DNA of 63,988 nt, the filler included, from Basidiobolus ranarum (lineage: Eukaryota): assembly GCA_040143965.1 (NCBI GenBank). It is 4 parts of 4 records of this genome, joined end to end, with 100 filler letters (N's around TTAATTAATTAA, not from the genome) between each part and the next. Parts side by side here need not be neighbours in the genome. Positions count along the whole stretch, not along the records: positions 1 to 16,260 come from JASJQH010007223.1; 3 more parts are not named here. One strand, given 5' to 3'. The notes under the pieces are model-generated. The model was not told where the DNA came from, did not search any database, and saw only the letters and a program-made list of their open reading frames with translations. The position numbers and the translations under genes were made by a program. How positions within the stretch are numbered: the stretch's first letter is position 1; each line of letters opens with the position of its first letter. Below are positions 1-12,811 of this stretch, piece after piece.

Positions 1-2
1 TC

Positions 3-368
3 TCCTTATTACTTTGGAATTTCATCTTACCAGTATACGCGTTTTGGCACTTTGATGACTTCAGTTGGGGACAAACCCGACAAGTAGCTGGTGAAGAGAA
101 AGGAGAGGACCACGGAGGTAAAGAAGGAGCATTCGATAGTTCACGAATCATCATGAAAAAGTGGTCAGAATTCGAGAAAGAGAAGCGTAAACGTACAGAC
201 GTATGGTTAAATGACATGAACTATGCCAGCAATAGTGCAGCCACGGTCAACCGGGAATGTGACTGGCCCACCTTGGGATACAATGTACCAAGTCAGCTAG
301 CAAAATTGAATATACCTTTAGAGCCAGAGTCTACCTATATCCCACCCAAATATCCACCTGGTAATTAA
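3..368 (+). CDS. CHS3: Chitin synthase (class IV, Chs3-like), 3' end only
   Basis: Frame open from position 3: [31 protein letters not shown]...[15 protein letters not shown]; (Y)[14 protein letters not shown] is the conserved C-terminal motif of division 2 chitin synthases; stop TAA at 366-368. Confidence 0.9.
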   Translation, partial: SLLLWNFILPVYAFWHFDDFSWGQTRQVAGEEKGEDHGGKEGAFDSSRIIMKKWSEFEKEKRKRTDVWLNDMNYASNSAATVNRECDWPTLGYNVPSQLAKLNIPLEPESTYIPPKYPPGN

Positions 369-1209
369 TCACAACAATTTTTCCCCTCTCGAGGAATATA
401 CCCTTTTGTATGCCAACGGGGGATATCATTCTTGGAATGTTTGAGGATTTGAATTTAATTATAGACAGTACCAACTCCAATGATCTTTGGATATCGTTCG
501 AATGAAAATTTGTATCTTGTTAGACAAGTATATTCGAATATTACTCAGTTTCTTTTCTCTTTATGACTTACTTGATATGGATGTTGAATCTACATATATT
601 GATATAATACATACAAATAACTTTATACCTTTCACATTGCTTTCCTCGAATCATCGTACACGATATGAATTGGAATTTTTCTTTTCAATTGGACCAATAT
701 TGAGGATAATCCTATGCCTAGTCTGAATCTACCAGTCACGTTATCATATTAGACTAGGGCTTTTGGTTACCAAGATTGTTAATATTCCAACTATGATGAG
801 GCGATTTTTAGTATGTAGGACGCAATATTTCCGTATGTAACCTCAGGCATAGGTTTGGAGTCATTTTAAGAGTATGCCAATATTTACAGTGCGGAAAGTT
901 CTTGACAGACCCAAGATATTGCATTCATAACTTTGGACTTGGTGGACTTTCAACCAATATATATGTCCTTTATTGAATTGCCCATTTGCTGAAATCTATT
1001 CTAGTAGTTTAGATATATGATTTCAGTCGTTGAAGGTTCTAATTGGGTGTTCAATTCACTGTGATTCTTGATCGAGAACTCAATATATCTGTAATGACTC
1101 TTTATATTGTAACTGAACATCACAATTTACTATAAAATTGTTCTTTGCTAGAGATTATCTCACCTTGGCTCTTTATATTGAAGTACAACTCATTGAAACT
1201 GATTGGACG

Positions 1210-2228
1210 TGAGAGTACAAAAAGATTGGTAAAAAATGTTAGAATACTTGGTTGAAATATGTAACAATCTAGCCCAATAGAAGGGATCAGGTTCTATATA
1301 CCCATGATCATAATTCATGCATGTCTACACCACAATATAATACTTTTTTCATTGATTTGTCATTAAAATTTTATTTTCTCTTAGTAGAGGAGAGAATTTT
1401 CATAGGGACTGAAAGCTCCTGAAATATTGAATATTTCAAATAAATTTTGAATTATTTACTTATTTATTAAAACAATAATATGGATATATTGAAAGCAAAT
1501 TCCAGGGATTATTGTAGAATTAGTATACAGCACTAATATCAGTAATTTGGATAAACTTCTCTAAAAAAAGAAAATTCCAATTGAGAACAATGGGTAATAG
1601 CATTGTTCAATATAGGATAACTAAATACTATGCTATATGTGATTATATAGGTATTTATGCAATGCTGATTTCAGCACCAACATATCCTGGCTTACATAAA
1701 AAAATAATATTTTCTCCATTACCTCCTTGGCACCCAACTGGTATCATTTCTCTTTGCCTTGAATTTATACAAGTACAAGTGCATATTATACTACCTTGCC
1801 CAGATATATATGACAGAATGAGTATTATAGATCTTAGAATATAATCACTCATAAAAGAGCAAAGTAGATTAGTTTATTTAGCAAAAGAGTGAGTCAGGAA
1901 TGTGTTCAATATCTATCTATCTTGATTATTAACCTTCTGTCCAATGTATTATCTGCAAGCTGCAACCTTTCAACCAACATATCCTTTCTCAAGTTGCTCT
2001 ATAATGATTATATCTTGACCCCATCCTGCCACAATTGCCCTATGCATATCTAAGAGTGTATTTGGAACTACACAGTTGGCACCTATAAGCTAAGGTGAAA
2101 CTTGTTTATAATCCTGCAAGAAAAATCATTAATACATCATTAATTGTCATATGATCAATCTTGATTCAACATCTTAGTGAAATTTGATAATGATACCTGT
2201 ATTAGAAACAAGAAAACCTTGTATCTAG
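1210..2228 (-). pseudogene. AT-rich, CpG-free decayed element or pseudogene with two degenerate G-x-G...GYVG repeats
   Basis: No CG dinucleotide seen between 1210 and 2228. The minus strand gives GCQGGNGENIIFLCKPGYVGAEI and GWGQDIIIIEQLEKGYVG*KV, which share the DNA word accaacatatcct; interrupted by stops. Confidence 0.35.
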
Positions 2229-5200
2229 CGCCCATATATCAGAATTAGTAGTATCTCTATATCTATATAGCAAGTATGTCTTATTAGCCCCACTTATGTT
2301 TTATATCTCAATGTACAAACTTTGGAATATCTGAAAAAATGATTTACATCTCTGCTCTACGTTGTGTCCAAGACAAAAGTGATAGAAAGTCTTGAACTTC
2401 ACTAAACCAAAGAAACAGTAAGTACAGAATCTTAACATTATTCAAGCTAAAGAAATGAGTAAAGCAGATCAAACTCATATAGGTCTTCAGGATAGCAACA
2501 GTTTGTTCTGTAATGGTAGAGTTGATTTGTTAGGTGGCTAGACTTGGCGGTCTATATACCCTAGATATACTGGGCTTTGATAATTACGAGAAAGGAATAT
2601 TGAATTTGCTGGGATAAACACTTAATCAAATGGTACAGTCAGCTTTAGTTTTTCTTTGGAAGCAAAGATAATTAGTAAGCCGCAAGAAGATGGATTACTA
2701 GTTGCATAAGAGACATGCTATTATTAGGATAGGGAATCATACATTTAGAGAGTCATAGATCAGAAAATGTCTGGGAAATAATAAAACAATTGAACCTCTG
2801 CACATGATTAATAACAGAAGATTACTAGTTGTTCAAGAAGATAAGGAAAATACTAAGTAATTAGATAAAATGGGAATAGAAAAGGTAATTAGTTATCATG
2901 TATGACTAATTCGTTGATGGATAAAATAACATATTACTAGTGTTATCAGACCAGTCTCTCTCCAATATCACCATCAAGAGTCCTGTTAGTTCATCAGGCT
3001 ATTTAAGAGCTAATGATACTAAGGATACTTGATTTGTAGATTGTAATAACAAGACTATCAATCCGGATACAATGAGTACGAGTAAGTTCCATGATTGTAT
3101 ATCGGCCCTAGTCCCCACATATTTAGGTGACGAAGTTAAACATACTCTCCAAATAAATGTTGGCGAATCTACCATGATACAAATTATTCCATCTTTAGGA
3201 GTAGACTTTGCTCAACTAAAAGTATCAGAATAAATTGGTTCTAAATCATATGACTATATAGTAAACTATCAATCAGCTACATCATAATGAGGGTTAGCAA
3301 AACTCAACACAACATACTTACCATCTAGTGGTAGATTCACCCAGAAGTGGATTTTTCCCAGTACTATTTCCAATAAATCGATGAGCTGTTTAGGTTAGGC
3401 CAAATGAATTTGATGAAACGCGATGGCCAATTACACTTGTGATTTGTCCGAATGAAAACATATACCAAATGTGCCAATCACTCGGGTTCATATATATCTA
3501 CTAAAGGATCACCCCTCTTCAGGAAGAGAGATTCTCAACTACAGGCTTAACTGGTTTCCTACCTGATGAACGAGATATACTCTCATGGAGAAACTTGGTT
3601 GGATGTAAACATTGCTCAGAGCTGGTTTGAACCATAAATTGGAAGTATTAGGAGACTTTCCTAATGAAGTACAATGAATTGGATTCGAATCATCCATCAT
3701 CTCCAACTACCATTTTGGGGAAATGTTGGGGATCATTGCTCCTTTACTGCAGACAGAACCACACACTGTATGTAATGCCAGCTAAGGCTTTGGTAGGAAA
3801 AAGCAGTAATCTAACCAAAGTTTACTAACGAAAATACACAGCCGTTTCATCCACTTTAGATGCGCGTGAAATGGTATAATTGTAGAATTACTTTTCGTAA
3901 GTGATTGCGCTCTTGGAATCACAAACTTATATGAAAATGTGATTAGCGTGGGTTGGTGATTTAGTTGAAACCCAGGGGAATGGTGCAAGTAATCTCTCAT
4001 ACAACATCGATGGAAAAGCCAGATTCCGTGCCTGGTTTAGGGAGAATCTTCTTAGGGTACTGATCATTTAGCATCGGTAGTGAAAGTAAACGATGTGCCC
4101 TGTTCACACTAGAAATGAATCGAAGAAAATCCTTCTCACCGTTACTCTCAGTGACACCCATTTCCGTTGGTTGGCATATCCAAGGTTTCAGCCCATCCAA
4201 TACATTGGAATTGGTCATATATTTGAGGCACATGAGTCATCGTTCTGTGTATTCCAAGACCTGTACGTCTTACTATCCGATGCCACATGCCATTCGTGAC
4301 TAGAGCATCACGGAAATCAATTTGGCAAGAACTTCACGTAAGCCATCGATGTTAAGCATCCGTGGATCAGAGATGCGTTACGTATGCTCTGTATCATGAA
4401 TGGAATCCAACGACTATTGGGATGGAAAATACGTCAGAGAGAATGGAATTGACCGCTAATTGCATGCATAGTAAGTAACCCAGTGAATATACACTGGGTG
4501 GTTCAGAACAGGCGAGATCAAGGCTCTGGCTGCAGCCGACTGGGAATTAAGGTTCGATTGATGAAAATGTACCTGGATCTCGAGATTAATTAGGGTTTCG
4601 CGAGTTGAAAATCGATTGGTTAAGATTACTAGTTCACACGCATTCGCTTAGCTTCTTTAGTCGAATCCCCAGATACCAATAATGGCCCAGAGAAAAGGGA
4701 TCTTAACCAGATTTCTTGTAAGACCACATAAAATAACCATTTGGAATCGCGGATCACACCAAAATAGTACTGAGTACCTTATCATGAATCTCACATGATT
4801 CTGACGCCATGAAGTGCTCAGCTCGACAAAGGGGTGGCAATGCACACTTGTATGTTTAATTAATCCTGATACTATGTAACCTAGGCTGACCACTGATTTT
4901 CTAGTTCAACGACAGTATTGATTTCATGACCGAGAAACAGCCTATTACGGACAGGTGCATTGAATTGGTTTTGGTAATAGGAATTGGCTCAAGTGACTTC
5001 ACTCATCATAGAAGAACCCTCGCGGTTGCGTTCACTTTAGCATAGCAAACAGAAGCCCGGTGAACGTTCTTTGAAGTTCCCATATCTGTAAATTGAACCC
5101 CACTAGGCTTTATTAGGATCTCCAGTCAATTGAGTCAACGTTTAGATACAATGCACCAAGAAATGGTTCATTAGGGTTTAATTCGTAGTTTCAAGAAACC

Positions 5201-5305
5201 AAAATACTCACAAATAAGAAAAAATTGGTAAAACTGTTATGTTGGTACGGGGATTACTTGAAATAATAAGCATAAACATAAAATAATAAAATGTACGGAT
5301 ATCTC

Positions 5306-7165
5306 TCATTTCAATTCAGGGTAATCCGGGTACTTGGCTTGAAAATGTTGAATTGCAACAATGGACTCTGAAAATCTATTGAATGTATTAAATAAGGCGA
5401 CAATTTCCGAGTGTTCAAGTAGATGGTAACTAGATTGACCACTAAATATTATAAATGATTACTGTTAGTTCATTCGCAACTAAAATCCTTATATCCAATT
5501 TACTCAAGCTTACTTCAGGTTGTAGTCATCAAAAGAGAATAGAATCTTCAAGGCGGTACCTAGACCAGATACTTGAACCTTACCCCATAAGCGACATATC
5601 TCGCATTCAACGCAGTCCATAATTCTAGAGACATTACGAAATCTGTCTTTAAATTCCTCTTTTAACATATCTGATTGGGGGGCTTTGAAGAAAGTCTTCG
5701 GATCGAAGGAGGGCGGGCTCGAAGATATTGCGGATATCACCTTGCCAATGAGATCCTATAGTAGATATATTAGAATGAGGTTCAAGAGGCTGTTTAGCAA
5801 TCAATAGTTATGTACTTTCGTGCAATGCTCCATTTGCTTATTGGCGATGCAAAAGTCGTAAGTATGAAAGTACATGGACATCTTGTTTATGGCACTGAGC
5901 AAGATTGCATAGTTGAAGTATACGTTTTCAATACGTTCAGGGAATTTTCCTACACGATAATGGTAACATAGCATGTTGCGTCCCTGCAGCGAAGGTTAGT
6001 CATACACGAAGTATTGAATAGGTAGTGGAGCAGTTACCCATTTGTTTGTTGTTACGTTGCAAAACTCATCACAAATGTGCATAGAAATAGATCCATGTAG
6101 GCCTGAGATTATTCTATAGAAAGCGCGTTTCTCTAGACATGTATTCCAATCTTCAGGAGTTTTCTTAGTTAAAAAGGGATTCTTAGGATAATCATGATTA
6201 TTCCTATTCCTACCTTTGAAGCAACTCTCTTCATAAATCAATCGCCATATTTTATTTGCTGATTCTCCCGAAAACCCAGTGAACCGCTCTGGATTGCTGA
6301 CCAAGCTAACGTAAATACTGTCTGTTGATGGGTGCAGTTATGGCATTAAACAATTGTTGCATATGCATGAAAGGATAGAAGAATCACTTACCACTGGAAT
6401 CTACATCTTCAACAATGCAAAAATCTTCGTCCGAATAGTCTTGCTTTTGTACCGACTGGATTCCCTAGAAGAGAGCATGAGTTTACCCTGCACAAAGAAG
6501 ACGATGATTGTGAATTTTTACAAAAGAAATGGTGGAAACATCTGTGGAGCTTCGTTTACTGGTCAATTCTTCTGGTATTTGGTCCTGATCAGAGTAATTA
6601 TTGGAATGGGAACTAGGAAGAGATGTTAGTGTTGCGAAGCCTACCTCCCCAAGGATCTCCACCGCGCATTCTCTTTGGGTGCATAAGCCGTGAACATCCC
6701 AAAATGGGCATTGCTTATGCAAATTTACCTACCAACCAATGGGCGTGAGACTGTCTTCACATAGGCTATGAGATAGAAATTCTCTTACCTTGTAGTGACT
6801 AAAAAACGGAGTATGTATTAAAGCCCGAAGGTCTGGTCTGAGCTGTTCATCTATCTGGTTCAAGGTATGGTATTCACAGATAGAATCGCCTATCAAGCCG
6901 GATGGCTGTAGATACATCTCAGCTACAGATCAGAAAGAAGACGAGACAACAAAGCACGTACCTGTAATGAGGTTGACGGCGACAGAGGATGAATAGAATC
7001 TCCCGATCTATAGCTATCACTAGGTCCAAGAAAAGGCGAAAACCAAACGTAGAGAGAGGTAGCAGCAATGATAACTGGCAATATGTATCTCATCACATCG
7101 ATCGGTGTGCTCTGGGTTGATTGGCGACTTGCAGTCAACTTGACGGCCATGTTCAACTTTGCCAT
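5306..7165 (-). CDS. ERO1: ER oxidoreductin 1, multi-exon
   Basis: Exons encode an N-terminal hydrophobic anchor, CPFWDVHGLCTQREC, NPERFTGFSG, CLEKRAFYRIISGLHGSIS, FRNVSRIMDCVECEICRLWGKVQVSGLGTALKILF (CxxCxxC) and EIVALFNTFNRFSES; GT-AG introns; stop TGA at 5306-5308. Confidence 0.95.
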
Positions 7166-8582
7166 TTTTGTTTATCGATAGTGAGTAATGCCAGTACGAG
7201 AGGTTGTGGAGTAGAAACAGAAAATGACCAAGAAGGTGCCTCACTTCACTTCATTTCATGCTAATGCTTATATACAGCCAAGAATGAAGGAACCATCAAA
7301 ATCAATCATTTAACTCTAACCTGATTAAACCTTTGGATGGCTCGCTTCGACCGTACGAACCAACAAATTGATAAACTTAGGTTTCTGATTAGTTTGCACG
7401 TCGAATGTCACGCACGGTTCTCTGTGAACAAAAGGCTACTTTTCCATCTGAACTCTCGACCTAGCCTGTTTGATCGCTAGTCCATCCCTCAAGGTACAGC
7501 CTAGATTGCGATGATCCTGATTCTCTGATGGGCAAATAAAGTTCAGGTCAGCTGAGACTACTCAATAGATACTTGACAGTTTGACGGCCTTTCTTCATGA
7601 ATCAATCGTCCAAACTCCGCATAGAATGTTTCATCCGCTAACCCAATCTCCGGAAACTCCCTTAGTAAACAGATTGAACAACCTACGACTCCAGCACTAT
7701 TTGGATGCCCTCAGGCCAATAGGGTCCCCATCTCAATGGCTGAGTTTGTTCTACGCCATTTCTGTGCCATCAAAAGGCGCGGAAACTCTGAATAGCAGTC
7801 GTACAGCTCTCTAAGCCCATCACTCAGGTTGATTTTCTGTTTGAGAATCGGAAACTGCAGGTAGTATCTAGTGGTGGTTAAACTTACTCTAATCTTATTG
7901 TAGTAATATGACCACTTGTTCATTGCATGGCACCCTAGTGGTATAAACAATATCTCTACATGCTGTTTGATCTCTTCGCATATTGATATATATCTGTGAT
8001 CGATCAGCTTCAGACTACTTGTCTGTAGCTTTGGTCAGTTGCAACCCGTGTACACTATGTAACGCCATGCTGACGACTGATGGCTACGAATTGTGACTGC
8101 ATTAGCCTCGTTTAACCGAACAATATACCATTTATGGCCTGTAACCGCTGGTGCATACACAATGTAAACTACTTGGTCCCTTACCACTGGCAATGCGCAT
8201 GGGTAGCAACACTCTTATCTATTTATACACACCACTCATCCCTGCTCGAGACTGCTTTCCCCCGTTTTGGACTTAGCATTAACATCAATCGAGCAACTGG
8301 TCAAACTCAATTGATGATTGTCTGTTAGACTTTGTGTATATGTATACTGGTGTCCAATAGAAATAATTGAATTCCAATAATACCATACCTTAGATCATAA
8401 CAAGCCAATCACCACAGCGATAACTTTCATGGTTTTCCTCTCCTTGAATGCTTTTATATTGATATTTAAGCAACTCAATGCTCATAGAATCACAAAATTT
8501 CACGTACCTCTGAAGGCTGATTAGTTTCACAGCCATAGGATTAGACATAGACTAGCCCTTCTAGTGTGTATTCTCTAAAAAG

Positions 8583-9731
8583 ATGCGTGAATTTTCTAGT
8601 CTTTGGATCTTACTCACTGTTGCCGCCTTGACAGTTGTTGCTAAATCTAGCAGCAATACTAAAGTGGTTGAAATTGGCAATCGATTTAATGTTTTACCTG
8701 AGCCTTTCTCAAGGACACTTGACCAATCCTTTTTTCAAACTGAAGTCAACTCCAAACTGTTGGAACATTTAAGAGATGCTGCCTTCTTTGTTTACGATAA
8801 ACGCTTCTACGATATCATAGGGACCCAGCCTAAACTTACCTTAGTTGCCGAACGAGATTTCCCTTTTGCTCATGAAGGTGGGATATATGTACCACAAACT
8901 AAAGAAATCATGTTCACTAGTGGTCAGATGGGTTTAGAAACTGAACCATACACCGAAATCTTTAAAATGAACATTAAAACGTTTGAAGTCACCAAGGTTT
9001 CACCATCACTGCATATTCCTCTTGCCAATGGTGGGACTTTTCATGATGGGAAGGCAATTTTTGTAAGTCAAGGTGAAGGATCCATTGGAGGAGCGATATA
9101 TTCCATTGACCCGGTCACATACGAAGCCAAACTCCTCTTGAACAACTACTTTGGACTGAAGTTTAACTCTTTGAATGATATTGTCGTCTCCCGTAAAGAT
9201 GGTTCGTTCTGGTTTACCGATCCTGGATATGGATATGAACAAGGTTTTCGCGAAAAACCTCAATTAGGAGATTTCGTGTATCGTTGGGATCCCAAGACTG
9301 GAGATGTTCGTTTGGCGGCTGATGGTTTCATCAAACCAAATGGTCTTCAATTCTCCCCTGATGAGAAAATCCTTTACATCTCTGATACTGGTTTCATAAC
9401 CGGAGTTGGTGGGATTGATGTTAAGCAACCCCATACTATCTATGCATATGATGTTTCTCGTCACAAAGGCGGTGCCTTCTTAACGAATCGTCGCGTCTTC
9501 GCAATGACCGATAATGGTATCCCTGATGGCATAAAACTTGACGACAAGGGGAATCTATTTGTTGCTGTGGGTGATGGAATAAATATATACTCACCACAAG
9601 GATCTCTTCTTGGCAAAATCAACACTGCTCTATGCTCCAATCTAGTATTCGCAAAAGACGATCTTTTCATCTTATCAGATACGAAAATCTACCATACCAG
9701 GTTGAATGTCCAAGGGGTTCAATTTGACTGA
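8583..9731 (+). CDS. Secreted SMP-30/gluconolactonase (lactonohydrolase) family beta-propeller, intronless
   Basis: 382 aa; signal-peptide-like N-terminus; metal-ligand motifs FAHEGG, FNSLNDI, WFTDP, KPNGLQFSPDE and IPDGIKLDDKGNL. Confidence 0.9.
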   Translation: MREFSSLWILLTVAALTVVAKSSSNTKVVEIGNRFNVLPEPFSRTLDQSFFQTEVNSKLLEHLRDAAFFVYDKRFYDIIGTQPKLTLVAERDFPFAHEGGIYVPQTKEIMFTSGQMGLETEPYTEIFKMNIKTFEVTKVSPSLHIPLANGGTFHDGKAIFVSQGEGSIGGAIYSIDPVTYEAKLLLNNYFGLKFNSLNDIVVSRKDGSFWFTDPGYGYEQGFREKPQLGDFVYRWDPKTGDVRLAADGFIKPNGLQFSPDEKILYISDTGFITGVGGIDVKQPHTIYAYDVSRHKGGAFLTNRRVFAMTDNGIPDGIKLDDKGNLFVAVGDGINIYSPQGSLLGKINTALCSNLVFAKDDLFILSDTKIYHTRLNVQGVQFD

Positions 9732-11842
9732 TCTGTAGCTAGCATAATACATATGATTATTGAACATTAATGGATATCAAAACTATTGTTGGATCGAGTC
9801 TCACTCCCTCCCCTCATCGTATCAGTAGAGGGTCATTTATCTTTAATAAAGTTGCTGACGATATTCAACTGTGAACGACCCAAGGGCCGAGACTCGATGG
9901 TTGTATTTCTCACCCCTACTCCATATCTAAGACGATAGAACCTGGCCAATTCGTAAGAAGCACTATCGAGACAACTTTTGATTTAGAGGATATATATGTC
10001 CTTTAGGACACTGGGGCCCAGTCATTCGAACATAAAGTTCATATTCAGTGGGTGAGATTTGGGGAGAGATACGTTGTTTTGGCCATCACCCGCCAATTAA
10101 CAAATACCTGTACACCTACACTCGCTGAAACTACTTCCTAAGGGCTATTCGATTCCTGCTGTGCTATCAACAACTGCGTAAATCAAACTAGGTGGTAGAT
10201 TGCATACACACACTCCCCAGTGGATTTACCATCTTCCCTTCATGAAAATCATGGACATATAAAGAATCCGAACACACATTGATCTCACCGATAACATGCA
10301 AGGTAAACACCACTGCCTGCTTTTAATAAGAGGGTCCATAGGTGACATAAGCTAGGTTCACGATTTAAACTATCGAAATTTCATCTATCAGCCGATGTGA
10401 TTGGCTCGCCGTCAAACAGACGGATAATGATGAATCGGTGGATCCACATTGAAGATTGAATTGATTGGAGGTAATCTAAAATCCCCATGGTTGAGAGCTT
10501 GTACTATAGATTTGATGTCTAGATCCGGGATACACATGGTCTCAGAGCCCCCATGATCTTCGCGAACGCCACGGGTATTTGCTTGGTTAAAGCAGTTGTG
10601 CAGAGCATGTCAAGTGCAACTTGAAATCCGGTTTCTGGCACATAATCATGTTGACGCACGATTATCAATTAAATGATCCCAAGGTCTTTCTAGACTTTCA
10701 TTGCCGTAAACGTTGTAGATAAAAAGATCCTACTTTGGGTGGAGAATCCCGACCAAACTCGACTGCTGCGTATTAGAGTGGAACATCTCCAGGGCCATAT
10801 ATATGTGCCAACGCAAGTAGCGACTCACCGCAGTGAAACTCTGACCTAATGCTTGCAAACGGATGAATTGGATCTGAGTATGAGGCGAGACAAACGCTGC
10901 TTGATTGGATTGCAACTTCAACATGTCACGCACACACAGTGTAGAAATGCGAGGAATCCCAAAAATCAACAACAAAATCCACCGAGATGAGTTGATTCGT
11001 TCATGCAAACTCAACCTAAACATTCTTTGCATATTATTAGTGAACCGCGATACTTACTGCCTAATAATAATCATTATTTCCTAGGTCTTTCCCTGAACAT
11101 TGTTATACCTTAGGTACGCCTAATGGTTACCTAACCTTGGAAATCGTCTCACTTGGATCATGGAAAAATCCCAAAAACCCCACTGATCCTGTTAGAGACT
11201 TGTAAATGGGAAGAATTTGTTTGTACACTTCAACTAAATGAAATCATACTCTGCGTCACCTAATACATTCGATTGAATAGCCTCGCACATTGTTGAAGTT
11301 ACATCATGTCCCAGACTATAATTCTATACAACTCAAAAGCAAGATACGAGTTAATCTCTAGTGTGAATGATGTGGGTATTTATTAGGTGGAAATAAGGGA
11401 GTCTGTTATGCGGTAGTTCCATCAAAATGAGAGCTGAAAAGATGACGCACTGAAAATTAAGAGATTTGGACGGAAAGGATTGTATGCATCATGGAGAATA
11501 AACGAAAATGAACTGAAAGTATATTATTAATCAAGTTGCAAAGTCATTGAAGGAATCAAGTGTTATAGATAAGGAGAAAAAGAAATTATAGGCGGGTCAA
11601 CTCTGGTTCGTGACTTTAAGGGTATGACAGCACGCTCTATCCACTCTTCCCCCATATTGCTTTCTCCAATATCTTCTTCAATCCTCTAAACACTGCCATA
11701 TCAGGTATCATTGAAATTTTTTTGGTCAATCGATATATACAAACAGCCTTTCCGCATAGGGTACCTAATAGCGGCCTGCTACAGTGTAGGTAATCGAGTG
11801 TTTATCATAAACAATAATAGAGGTCCGTTTGTAGACCATGGG

Positions 11843-12811
11843 TTAGGAGGCCAACATTCGATTCGATTGGAACCTTGCGCTCAAAGGGACCAGCGGCACC
11901 TCTCCATTCTCGTCGGATGCTTTGTGACTAAGAACATTTCGAAACTCGCTTTGATAATACTTGGAAGAATTATGTGGTTCTCGGTCACCATGATCACTTT
12001 GATGTAAGTTATGCTCTCCATTGATTCTAATAGAGTCGTCAAATTGGTCCTCACGACTCCATCGGAAGGAGTGTCCATGAGGTGTATACATTCTGGTAAG
12101 AAAGTAAGGTAAACACACCATTAGGAAGTTGATGGTTAAATCTACCATGGAAAGCAAGGGAGCATACTGCTCCAGTGGGGTTATTAAGGACAAATTGAAA
12201 AACATATTAAATGTTATGGCAACAGAGTTGGTAACAAAGAGATTGCGGGCCACAAATGCAAGTTGTGTATTCTGATTCTCTTTCGTCCTCAAGCACTGCT
12301 GAACGAAAGGAGCTAAGAACATGCACATCATATACCCAGAGATTAGAAAAGCCGTCACCAGTGGAAGTAATGAAGAGACCCGCGGATGAATGACACTACA
12401 TGAGCCATCTGGGGCGATTTGAGTATCATTCAAAACTATACTCACCGGAATGCCGGCGGCGTAGACGAGGGCAGTCATAATGGGAAAGGCTAGAGACCAA
12501 GTGCCTCCATAGACCTCTTTATAACGTACCATGTAGTAGACGAATTGTAGCGTGTTACTACCGTGATAGAAAAATACTGAAAGATTCTCAGCAACTATAC
12601 AATGATCATTTTTGGCGCCGTTCATTTGAACAATCTTCACTTGAGCATAAACACAATTGAACAACGCTACGAAATAAAGGATTCGGTGGGAAATTATGCC
12701 AGAAGTGCGCCAACCACGAATAAATGCGAAGATAATGGCGACAATAAAGGTGAGCCCGAAGCATATTCCTACCACATAATGGGCTATGGAAAGAAACAGA
12801 GGATTAGCCAT
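11843..12811 (-). CDS. Seven-transmembrane GPCR-like membrane protein, intronless
   Basis: 322 aa; about 7 hydrophobic segments; Cys at top of TM3 (DHCIV) and in ECL2 (GSCSV); RY after TM3; hydrophilic C-tail. Confidence 0.7.
   Translation of the reverse strand: MANPLFLSIAHYVVGICFGLTFIVAIIFAFIRGWRTSGIISHRILYFVALFNCVYAQVKIVQMNGAKNDHCIVAENLSVFFYHGSNTLQFVYYMVRYKEVYGGTWSLAFPIMTALVYAAGIPVSIVLNDTQIAPDGSCSVIHPRVSSLLPLVTAFLISGYMMCMFLAPFVQQCLRTKENQNTQLAFVARNLFVTNSVAITFNMFFNLSLITPLEQYAPLLSMVDLTINFLMVCLPYFLTRMYTPHGHSFRWSREDQFDDSIRINGEHNLHQSDHGDREPHNSSKYYQSEFRNVLSHKASDENGEVPLVPLSARFQSNRMLAS

Noticed and set aside
3040-3235. Short stop-free stretch DCNNKTINPD...QLKVSE as a gene fragment
   Set aside because: No recognisable motif or supportable gene structure.
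4530-4565. GGTTCGA T-loop-like words (also near 31422 and 52443) as tRNAs
   Set aside because: No acceptor, D or anticodon stems can be formed around them.
8583-9731. Bacterial horizontal transfer of the intronless lactonase
   Set aside because: Motifs (FAHEGG, DPGYGYEQGFR, VYRWDPKTGDVR) look like fungal lactonohydrolases; lack of introns alone is not evidence. A phylogeny would be needed.
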